64,000 nucleotides of DNA, taken from NCBI RefSeq assembly GCF_056712565.1, contig NZ_CM160072.1. One strand, written 5' to 3'. The notes beneath the pieces were generated by a model that searched no databases, had not been told where the DNA came from, and was given only the letters and a program-made list of their open reading frames with translations. Both the position numbers and the translations under genes were made by a program. Of the stretch, positions 17,283 through 23,746 are shown in pieces. How positions within the stretch are numbered: position 1 is the stretch's first letter; every line of letters starts with the position of its first letter.

Positions 17283-18659
17283 TCATACGTCAGCCCCTTG
17301 TGCATATCGTCTGCCACGCGCAGCAGGTGCATTTGATGCTGTGCAAATCTGTCTGGCTTCATCCTGGTCACATGCAACAAAGTGTCCGTTGCAGAACCGC
17401 TGGTAAACCGTACCAAGTGAGCCAAAACGGTTTTTCGTCACGATGATTTCAGCAAATGGCGCGGCGCTACTGTTCTCGTCATATACCGCTTCCCGATAGA
17501 GCATGATGATTGAGTCTGCGTCCTGTTCAATGCTTCCTGAATCACGCAAATCTGCGTTTGTCGGGCGTTTGTTTGGTCGCTTCTCAACATCGCGTGAAAG
17601 CTGACTCAGGGAAATAACCGGTGTTTTCAGGTCTTTCGCCATCGCCTTCAGGCTTCCGGAGATGTGAGCAATTGCGAGGTCGTTGCGGTCTGCTTTCGGC
17701 TTCTCAATCAGGCCAAGATAATCCGCCATGATGAGTGAGAGGTTTGGATTTTCCTGTTTGTGCCGTTCTGCGATTGAGCGTATTTCTTCGACCGATAATC
17801 GCGAGGCATCGACTACCCATACATCCAAATCTGCAAGCTGACTCATGCCGTTAGCAACACGTGCCCAGCCCTCGTCATCCATCGATGCAGGATTTCGCAG
17901 TACGCTAACCGACATCCTCCCGGCGTTGGCAATGCTTCGCTCTGCAATCTGCAATGCGCTCATTTCCATTGAGAAAATCAATACCCCGCGCCGGACGTCA
18001 GAACCAGGAATAACGCGGCTTGCAACGCCTTCGGCAATCTTCAGCGCCAGTTCGGTTTTCCCCATACCAGGACGAGCAGCGATTATCACCAGGTCTTCCG
18101 CGTTCATCCCTCCGGTGATGGCATCAAGTTCTTCGATTCCGGTCTTCAGGGTATCGGACTCTTCTCCGTTCCTCAGACGCCTGTCAAGCGTGTCAGTGTA
18201 GTCGGTGATGATTTCCCCTAACCGTACAGGTTTAACCTCGTCACGGGGCTTTCTGATGGCTGAGAGACGTTTTACAAGTTCATCCATCGCCTGACTCGAT
18301 GCGTCGATGGTTCCGCTTTGGATTGGTTCACGCATTTCATCCATGATTTCCAGCACCAGACGGCGGTGATAGTTATCCGCGACCATTCCGGCATATCCCT
18401 TCAGGTTTGCGGCGCTCGGGCAGTTTTTGCTGGTCATCAGGATTGACGTGAAATGCTCCTCTCCGCACGCCTCGGCAACCATCAGCGCGTCGATTAGGTT
18501 TCTGTTTCTCGCCTGCTTCCGGATAACCTCGAAGGCTTTCCGGTAGAGCGGAATTGAAAACGCTTCCGGCTCCAGCGTTGCAAGAACGTCACTGGCGGTT
18601 GGAGTTAATCCACCAATCAGCAGGCCACCGATAACGCTCGCTTCGATATCCTGTCTCAT
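17283..18659 (-). CDS. DnaB-family replicative helicase, P22 gp12-like (458 aa)
   Basis: ORF track. Same length as P22 gp12, with Walker A (ARPGMGKTE) and DnaB C-terminal motifs. Confidence 0.9.
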   Translation of the reverse strand: MRQDIEASVIGGLLIGGLTPTASDVLATLEPEAFSIPLYRKAFEVIRKQARNRNLIDALMVAEACGEEHFTSILMTSKNCPSAANLKGYAGMVADNYHRRLVLEIMDEMREPIQSGTIDASSQAMDELVKRLSAIRKPRDEVKPVRLGEIITDYTDTLDRRLRNGEESDTLKTGIEELDAITGGMNAEDLVIIAARPGMGKTELALKIAEGVASRVIPGSDVRRGVLIFSMEMSALQIAERSIANAGRMSVSVLRNPASMDDEGWARVANGMSQLADLDVWVVDASRLSVEEIRSIAERHKQENPNLSLIMADYLGLIEKPKADRNDLAIAHISGSLKAMAKDLKTPVISLSQLSRDVEKRPNKRPTNADLRDSGSIEQDADSIIMLYREAVYDENSSAAPFAEIIVTKNRFGSLGTVYQRFCNGHFVACDQDEARQICTASNAPAARGRRYAQGADV

Positions 18660-19603
18660 GCAATCCCCCTGTCTGCAAACTTCCCTTCCCGAACTCCCGT
18701 TAACGAGTCTTCTCTCAGCAGGTAATCAAAATCAGCCGTCCAGCCCGTGTCGTTGTCTCCGAAGTAAAACGGCTTGGCCTGATGCACAAACGCCCTGACA
18801 TACGCTCTGAAACCGTCCACGTTTGGCGTTTTCAGTTGCGGGATGATTTTCTTCAGGCGGCGTTTTCGTTTCTCGTTGACCGCAACAGCGTGTGGCAGTC
18901 TGTCACCGACTTCGGTGTTGTAGGCGTTCAGGAAGGATTCGTAGTCGATTCGTTCTGCCTTGCGACGTTCAGGTTTAACCTGCCCATCGCCTCCCCCATT
19001 GGGGGGTAGGGGGGTATTATTTATATTCTTGTTAATACCTTCTTGTTCATGATGTGCGGTTGTTTGTGCGGCTTCATGTGCGCTTTCATGTGCGGCATGT
19101 ACGCTGAAAGCCGCGCTATTGCTGGCTTCATCATGTGCGGCATCATGTGCGGTTGTTTGTGCGGCTTCATGTGCGGGTAAATTGTCCATTTTTTGAGCAT
19201 ATTCATGGTAATTTGTGATGGTTATCACACGGCCTTTTTGCTTCTCTCCATCAATGGAGATCATCCCCTCTTTCACAAAAACCTGAAGCATCCGCTCAAC
19301 CTGATCACGGCTTGCTGGCTTGCCATGTCTGTCGCATAACTGAAGACCTAAATCAGCTGCTGTCACAACCAGTTGACCGGGTTGCAGATGCCATTCATGA
19401 CCTTTGAAATTCGCTTTGTATGGCTTTCTGGCGGCATTCAGGAGAAGGTTTTCCCACAGGGTGCGAAGATAAACATCTTTCGCCCATGACTGTTTCAGAA
19501 TGCTCCGGTACAACGGAATGTAACCAGTTTTCTGGTTCTCCATCCTGTTGCTCCTGCGCTCGTGTGCGGCGCTGAAATCGTAGATTTTTGCTGTATTGCT
19601 CAT
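18656..19603 (-). CDS. Replication initiator (lambda O / P22 gp18 functional analogue, 315 aa) containing the origin
   Basis: ORF track. N-terminal winged-helix-like domain and a central repeat-encoded linker ([10 protein letters not shown] x2). ATGA overlap with the helicase gene. Confidence 0.75.
   Translation of the reverse strand: MSNTAKIYDFSAAHERRSNRMENQKTGYIPLYRSILKQSWAKDVYLRTLWENLLLNAARKPYKANFKGHEWHLQPGQLVVTAADLGLQLCDRHGKPASRDQVERMLQVFVKEGMISIDGEKQKGRVITITNYHEYAQKMDNLPAHEAAQTTAHDAAHDEASNSAAFSVHAAHESAHEAAQTTAHHEQEGINKNINNTPLPPNGGGDGQVKPERRKAERIDYESFLNAYNTEVGDRLPHAVAVNEKRKRRLKKIIPQLKTPNVDGFRAYVRAFVHQAKPFYFGDNDTGWTADFDYLLREDSLTGVREGKFADRGIA
18993..19176. repeat. Putative origin of replication: two blocks of four 12-bp-phased TGTGCGG iterons, a ~35-bp AT-rich tract and a G/C inverted repeat
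   Basis: TGTGCG(G/C) starts at 19053, 19065, 19077 and 19089, and again at 19134, 19146, 19158 and 19170. The AT-rich tract is 19014-19048. CCCCCATTGGGGG lies at 18993-19005. Confidence 0.7.
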
Positions 19604-19605
19604 AA

Positions 19606-19878
19606 CTACCTGCCTTGACGAAAGACCTTAAGAACATCGTTAAACTGACTTACGGATATGTCTTCTTTGAGAAGCTTTTCCAGAAATGCGTTTGGAATGA
19701 ACGTATATCCCTCCTCTTTTGGTAGAGACGGGAGCAACGCCCTCGCCTCAGCCTTCAGAAGCTCAGTTCTGGCAACTTTCACAAAAGAGATTTGAGTTCT
19801 TTCATCAATGGAACGAAGGAAGCGCAAACGCTTAGCTTCTTTGTGTGTATCAGGTGGATTAAAGCCTTTGTTTCGCAT
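19606..19878 (-). CDS. Hypothetical protein (90 aa) between cII and the replication initiator
   Basis: Internal ATG 19878 (MRNKGFNPPDTHKEAKRLRF...) with GAGGTAA SD. The stop lies 2 nt before the initiator ATG. Confidence 0.55.
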   Translation of the reverse strand: MRNKGFNPPDTHKEAKRLRFLRSIDERTQISFVKVARTELLKAEARALLPSLPKEEGYTFIPNAFLEKLLKEDISVSQFNDVLKVFRQGR

Positions 19879-19889
19879 ATAATTACCTC

Positions 19890-19954
19890 GTTGGATGTTG
19901 TTAAAATTCCATTTGTATTTGATCAGAACGCTCGGTTGCCGCCGGGCGTTTTTT
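19890..19954 (+). ncRNA. oop: oop-like antisense RNA covering the 3' end of cII
   Basis: The 3' part TTTGATCAGAACGCTCGGTTGCCGCCGGGCGTTTTTTATT matches the lambda oop terminator region from memory. Candidate promoter is TGGATT-N17-TATAAT (19855-19883). The 5' end is inferred. Confidence 0.6.
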
Positions 19955-20194
19955 ATTGGTGAGAATCGAAGCAACTTGTCGTGCCAATCGAGCCATGTCG
20001 TCGTCGACAACACCCCATTCAAGAACAGCAAGCAGCATTGAGAACTTTGGAATCCAGTCCCTCTTCCACCTGCTGATCTGCGACTTATCAACGCCCACAG
20101 CTTCCGCTGTCTTCTCAGTTCCAAGCATTGCGATTTTGTTAAGCAACGCACTCTCGATTCTTAGAGCCTCGTTGCGTTTGTTTGCACGAACCAT
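19901..20194 (-). CDS. cII: Lysogeny-establishment activator CII, near-identical to lambda CII (97 aa)
   Basis: MVRANKRNEALRIESALLNKIAMLGTEKTAEAVGVDKSQISRWKRDWIPKFSMLLAVLEWGVVDDDMARLARQVA.ILTNKKRPAATERS.QIQMEF is recognised. Internal start of the 126-aa track ORF. Confidence 0.95.
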   Translation of the reverse strand: MVRANKRNEALRIESALLNKIAMLGTEKTAEAVGVDKSQISRWKRDWIPKFSMLLAVLEWGVVDDDMARLARQVASILTNKKRPAATERSDQIQMEF

Positions 20195-20204
20195 ATGTAA
20201 GTAT
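20172..20204 (+). promoter_or_regulatory. PRE (CII-activated promoter for repressor establishment)
   Basis: TTGCGTTTGTTTGCACGAACCATATGTAAGTAT is identical to lambda PRE from memory (TTGC-N6-TTGC, N13, AAGTAT). It points toward c2. Confidence 0.85.
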
Positions 20205-20252
20205 TTCCTTAACAAATAAGAAGTTATGCGCATCAACTTATGCGCGTTGTAT

Positions 20253-20296
20253 TCCCGCATTTCGGCGGGAATGAGGACCATGACTGTTAAAGAGCA
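20253..20296 (-). promoter_or_regulatory. nutR (boxA TGCTCTTTAACA plus boxB hairpin TCCCGC-CGAAAT-GCGGGA)
   Basis: Lies between cro and cII. The same boxA core and an identical 18-nt boxB recur on the + strand in the PL leader (21387-21427). Confidence 0.8.
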
Positions 20297-20302
20297 ATTT
20301 GC

Positions 20303-20488
20303 TTATGCCGCTTTGCGGTAAGCGCTTTCTTGATACTTCAGGGCGCCAGCTGTAACGACTTCCAGTCGATAGGCGTCTTTCTCTGGGATGACTTCCTTCC
20401 ACTGAGAGACTGCTGCGTCGCTAATGCCTAACGCTTTAGCTACAGCACGCTGGGTTCCGAAGTGGTCGATAACATCTTTCTTGTACAT
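20303..20488 (-). CDS. cro: Cro repressor, P22-type (61 aa)
   Basis: MYKKDVIDHFGTQRAVAKALGISDAAVSQWKEVIPEKDAYRLE.VTAGALKYQE.AYR.AA is recognised as P22 Cro. Confidence 0.9.
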   Translation of the reverse strand: MYKKDVIDHFGTQRAVAKALGISDAAVSQWKEVIPEKDAYRLEVVTAGALKYQESAYRKAA

Positions 20489-20502
20489 AGACTCGCTCCG
20501 AA

Positions 20503-20568
20503 ATTAAAGAACACTTAAATTATCCACTAAAGGAATCTTAAGTCAAGTTTATTTAAGATGTCTTAACT
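20503..20568. promoter_or_regulatory. Right operator OR1-OR3 with divergent PR / PRM
   Basis: Three 18-bp P22-type operators (ANTNAAG-N4-CTTNANT) at 20503-20520, 20526-20543 and 20551-20568. PR on the minus strand is TTGACT(20546..20541)-N16-GATAAT(20524..20519). The c2 ATG abuts OR3. Confidence 0.8.
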
Positions 20569-21219
20569 ATGAAAACTCAATTGATGGGAGAGCGCATTCG
20601 CGCTCGGAGAAAAGAACTCAAGATCAGGCAGGCCGCACTTGGAAAGATGGTCGGCGTGTCTAATGTTGCCATATCTCAGTGGGAACGCTCTGAGACAGAG
20701 CCAAATGGAGAGAATCTTCTCGCCCTGGCTAATGCGTTGAAGTGTTCCCCTGACTATCTGATGAAAGGAGAGGAAAGTCTTTCAAACATTGCCTATCACA
20801 GTAGGCATGATCCAAGAGGGTCATACCCTCTGATTAGCTGGGTGAGCGCAGGATGCTGGATGGAAGCTGTAGAACCATATCATAAGCGTGCAATAGATAA
20901 CTGGTACGATACAACCGTAGACTGTTCAGAAGATTCGTTTTGGTTGGACGTGAAGGGAGACTCAATGACGGCTCCGGCCGGTCTCAGTATCCCTGAAGGA
21001 ATGATAATACTCGTCGATCCTGAAGTAGAGCCGCGTAACGGGAAACTGGTAGTTGCAAAGCTCGAAGGAGAAAACGAGGCAACTTTCAAGAAGTTAGTTA
21101 TTGATGCAGGCAGGAAGTTTCTAAAACCACTTAACCCACAATATCCGATGATCGAGATCAACGGAAACTGCAAAATCATCGGCGTAGTTGTCGATGCAAA
21201 ACTAGCAAACCTTCCATAA
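20569..21219 (+). CDS. c2: Prophage repressor C2, P22-type (216 aa; HTH plus S24 autopeptidase domain)
   Basis: Same length as P22 C2 and near-identical from memory (..QLMGERIRARRK.LKIRQAALGKMVGVSNVAISQWERSETEPNGENLLAL...VVDAKLANLP). Confidence 0.95.
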   Translation: MKTQLMGERIRARRKELKIRQAALGKMVGVSNVAISQWERSETEPNGENLLALANALKCSPDYLMKGEESLSNIAYHSRHDPRGSYPLISWVSAGCWMEAVEPYHKRAIDNWYDTTVDCSEDSFWLDVKGDSMTAPAGLSIPEGMIILVDPEVEPRNGKLVVAKLEGENEATFKKLVIDAGRKFLKPLNPQYPMIEINGNCKIIGVVVDAKLANLP

Positions 21220-21220
21220 G

Positions 21221-21243
21221 GGGGCATTCGCCCCTTTTTTTTT
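21221..21243 (+). terminator. Intrinsic terminator after c2
   Basis: GGGGC-ATTC-GCCCC followed by T9. Confidence 0.85.
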
Positions 21244-21286
21244 ATTTCCTTTAAAAATCAAAGCCAAACTTAAGTTACGAAAGAAA

Positions 21287-21340
21287 ATTTAAGTTTTCTT
21301 CAAAAATGCTCTTGACCATTAATTAAAGAGATCTTAAATT
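21287..21340 (+). promoter_or_regulatory. Left operators and PL promoter
   Basis: P22-type operators at 21322-21339 (ATTAAAGAGATCTTAAAT) and 21287-21304. PL is TTGACC(21312-21317)-N17-TAAATT(21335-21340). Confidence 0.7.
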
Positions 21341-21386
21341 TAAGCCATCAGCAGGACGCTGGAAGCCAAACGGAACAGATTGGCAG

Positions 21387-21427
21387 GCTCTTTAACATTG
21401 ATGGGATTGTCCCGCCGAAATGCGGGA
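21387..21427 (+). promoter_or_regulatory. nutL (boxA GCTCTTTAACA plus boxB TCCCGCCGAAATGCGGGA)
   Basis: Lies about 40 nt downstream of the predicted PL start. BoxB is identical to the nutR boxB. Confidence 0.8.
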
Positions 21428-21740
21428 ACCAAAGAGTAGTTGGCTTTGGGGTGACGTGAAGTGCAGCTGCACGACGGCAACCGGAAGATAAGCACCCGGC
21501 GCGTCACCGCCAAAGTCAATTCCATAGGCGTTATGCAGCCGCCACCATATTCAAGAAAGCTGCACAAGAGGTAGGAGGATTTATGTGAATGCATAACTTC
21601 AAAACCGAGGTTAATTAAATCTCTCGATCCGAGCATCGACCTATTAGGTGGCGAGATGCTCTTTCTGCCCCTCAGTTCGAGGGGCCAGAAACCACTTTGC
21701 AATCACTATCAATTCCAAAGTTGTTTCATCGGAGGTCAAC

Positions 21741-22040
21741 ATGACAGTAGTCATTACATATCTGGCTGACGATAACGCCAGAAATCGCCGCAGAGCACGC
21801 AGACAGGCTCAACGTGAACAGGCGATGCAAGAACAGCGACTGGCGCGAAAAATTGCGCTAAAGCTCTCTGGTTGCGTCAGAGCGGATAAAGCAGCATCAC
21901 TCGGAATCCTTCGCTGCAAGAAGGCAGATGAAGTCGAGAGTAAACAGAATCGTATTTACTACCGCAAGCCACGCAGTGAAATGGGTGTGACTTGTGTTGG
22001 TCGCCAGAAAATGAAATTAGGCAGCAAACCACTTATTTGA
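21741..22040 (+). CDS. N-like transcription antiterminator (gp24 analogue, 99 aa) with an arginine-rich motif
   Basis: ATG 21741 is preceded by GGAGG. N-terminal ARM DDNARNRRRARRQAQREQ. First gene of the PL operon downstream of nutL. An upstream in-frame GTG start (21648) is less likely. Confidence 0.75.
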   Translation: MTVVITYLADDNARNRRRARRQAQREQAMQEQRLARKIALKLSGCVRADKAASLGILRCKKADEVESKQNRIYYRKPRSEMGVTCVGRQKMKLGSKPLI

Positions 22041-22048
22041 GGTGATAT

Positions 22049-22519
22049 ATGACAAAATCATGGAGCGTACCTTTTCCTGAATCAGAAACTGAACATGATG
22101 GAATGCCTGTTTTCTGGAGATTCCAAGCGACAGTTGAAGAAGATGGAATCAAAATATTCGCACTTCAATATATAGCTTTTCATCAGACAGAGCATTATGC
22201 ATGGTTGGTTCCTGCGCATTGGATTGTTAATTTTAAACCAGCACCAAATCAGTGGTTACAGGAATGGAAACAAAGGAGAAATAGATATGCAATTAAGAAA
22301 GTAGCAAAAAATGCAGAAAGATCTTTTGCATTCCCGACGAAGAAACTTGCCATTGAAAGTTTATTGCGCCGGAAGAAATACCATTTGATGAGAATCAAAC
22401 AAGATTTGGCTGTTGTATCAACTCTTGTTGATGGGATGAAGAATATTGATACATCAACACCAGGTATTGAATATAACTTTGGACACAACCAAGAAACAGA
22501 AAACTGGGTGTTTTATTAG
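22049..22519 (+). CDS. Orphan protein (156 aa), low GC, unknown function
   Basis: ORF track. GAGGTGA SD. No TM segment. Trp-rich N-terminal half and a strongly basic helical centre. I do not recognise the family. Confidence 0.7.
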   Translation: MTKSWSVPFPESETEHDGMPVFWRFQATVEEDGIKIFALQYIAFHQTEHYAWLVPAHWIVNFKPAPNQWLQEWKQRRNRYAIKKVAKNAERSFAFPTKKLAIESLLRRKKYHLMRIKQDLAVVSTLVDGMKNIDTSTPGIEYNFGHNQETENWVFY

Positions 22520-22623
22520 TACGAATAAGCACTGTGTATTCATTCCAACGAGTGAATACACGGAGCAATGTCGCTCGTAACTAAACAGGAGCCGACTTGT
22601 TCTGATTATTGGAAATCTTCTTT

Positions 22624-22647
22624 GCCCTCCAGTGTGAGGGCTTTTTT
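22624..22647 (+). terminator. tL1-like intrinsic terminator
   Basis: GCCCTC-CAGTGT-GAGGGC followed by T6. Confidence 0.75.
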
Positions 22648-22713
22648 ATATGCATACCAATAACGCTTCACTCGAGGCGTTTTCGTTATGCAATCAAACA
22701 GAAGGAGCATCCT

Positions 22714-22884
22714 ATGCAACAGTTCGCTATTGCAGGGGCGGCATCGGTTCGCCCTTTCAACCCGATTTTATCGGTACAGCATTCACGAAAAAACATTTTA
22801 ACCGGAGCAGACTTTAAACAACCAAGAATGAAAAGCTTGCTCGAAAAGCTTTGGGATATTTTGAAACAACAAGGCCGTCCATGA
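22714..22884 (+). CDS. cIII: CIII-like FtsH inhibitor (56 aa)
   Basis: Own translation from ATG 22714 (GAAGGAG SD): MQQFAIAGAASVRPFNPILSVQHSRKNILTGADFKQPRMKSLLEKLWDILKQQGRP. The MQ.AIAG start and amphipathic SLLE.L...L.Q.G core resemble lambda/HK022 CIII. Confidence 0.6.
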   Translation: MQQFAIAGAASVRPFNPILSVQHSRKNILTGADFKQPRMKSLLEKLWDILKQQGRP

Positions 22885-23039
22885 GTTTTACGGATAACTG
22901 GTCAGACGAAGAATTCATTCGTCAGATAAAAGAATTAATCGGTAACGAAGGAGATATTCATGTCACTTGCAACCACAGTGAAGGAGAGCAAGTTACAGAG
23001 ACGCATGTACACGCAGAAAGCTCTCTGGTATCGCCATAA
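22881..23039 (+). CDS. Candidate small acidic protein (52 aa)
   Basis: The ATG overlaps the cIII stop (ATGA). Overlaps the next candidate ORF by 80 nt, so at most moderately supported. Confidence 0.35.
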   Translation: MSFTDNWSDEEFIRQIKELIGNEGDIHVTCNHSEGEQVTETHVHAESSLVSP

Positions 23040-23130
23040 TGGTGACCGCGAAGGAATGCGGGTATGCCTTAATTTGTCCCGAGTCGAAGTATTAAATCAG
23101 CGTTATTTCCTTGGGCCGTGTCCATTCTGA
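22960..23130 (+). CDS. Candidate small basic protein (56 aa), kil/arf slot upstream of erf
   Basis: Own translation: MSLATTVKESKLQRRMYTQKALWYRHNGDREGMRVCLNLSRVEVLNQRYFLGPCPF. Strong GAAGGAG SD 7 nt upstream. Below the ORF-track cut-off. Confidence 0.5.
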   Translation: MSLATTVKESKLQRRMYTQKALWYRHNGDREGMRVCLNLSRVEVLNQRYFLGPCPF

Positions 23131-23140
23131 GAGCAATCAT

Positions 23141-23746
23141 ATGAGCAAAGAATTTTACGCAAGACTGGCAGCTATTCAGGAGAATCTGAACGCGCCAAAG
23201 AATCAGTACAACTCATTCGGCAAATATAAATACAGAAGCTGCGAAGATATTCTTGAAGGCGTTAAGCCGTTACTGAACGGTCTGTTTTTATCAATCAGCG
23301 ATGAAGTTGTGTTGATTGGTGATCGGTATTACGTGAAAGCCACGGCAACTATTACCGATGGCGAAAACAGTCATACGGCAACCGCTCTTGCACGAGAGGA
23401 AGAAAGCAAGAAAGGAATGGATTCTGCACAAGTTACGGGAGCTACAAGCTCTTATGCACGCAAGTATTGCCTCAATGGTTTGTTCGGCATTGATGATGCG
23501 AAAGATGCAGATACAGACGAGCATAAACATCAGCAGAACGCAGCAGCAAAGCAATCAAAACCATCACTTACACCTGAACAGGTTCTAAAAGCATTCACTG
23601 ACGCAGCAATGCAGAAAAACACCGTAGAAGAGCTTAAACAGGCGTTCGCCAAAGCGTGGAAGATGCTCGAAGGGACGCCGGAGCAGCACAAAGCGCAGGA
23701 CGTTTACAACATCAGACGAGACGAATTAGAAGGGGCAACTGCTTAA
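23141..23746 (+). CDS. erf: Erf single-strand annealing recombinase, P22 Erf-like (201 aa)
   Basis: The N-terminal ~130 aa, MSKEFYARLA.IQE.LNAPKNQYNSFGKYKYRSCEDILEGVKPLL.GLFLSISDE.VLIGDRYYVKATATITDGENSH, are recognised as P22 Erf. The C-terminal domain diverges. Confidence 0.9.
   Translation: MSKEFYARLAAIQENLNAPKNQYNSFGKYKYRSCEDILEGVKPLLNGLFLSISDEVVLIGDRYYVKATATITDGENSHTATALAREEESKKGMDSAQVTGATSSYARKYCLNGLFGIDDAKDADTDEHKHQQNAAAKQSKPSLTPEQVLKAFTDAAMQKNTVEELKQAFAKAWKMLEGTPEQHKAQDVYNIRRDELEGATA

Noticed and set aside
18993-19014. G5/G6 runs (CCCCCATTGGGGGGTAGGGGGG) as phase-variable tracts in the initiator gene
   Set aside because: The runs are short and in-frame, coding PLPPNGGG. They are more plausibly the palindromic element flanking the ori AT-rich region.
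19053-19176. Regularly spaced short repeats that could suggest a CRISPR-like or tandem-repeat array
   Set aside because: The period is only 12 nt, the repeats lie inside an open reading frame of the replication initiator, and the architecture matches lambdoid ori iterons. There are no spacers or cas genes.
21340-21702. 120-aa minus-strand ORF in the c2-N intergenic region (possible rex/sieB-like gene)
   Set aside because: It has a TTG start without an SD and a Cys/Ser/Arg-rich, non-protein-like composition. It runs antisense through nutL and into the PL promoter. The region is better explained as the PL leader.
21648-21740. N-terminal extension of the N-like gene from GTG 21648 (130 aa)
   Set aside because: The extension is Cys/Ser/Arg-rich and lies in a structured leader. 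ATG 21741 has a canonical GGAGG SD and yields an ARM near the N-terminus, as in other N proteins. The extension cannot be fully excluded.
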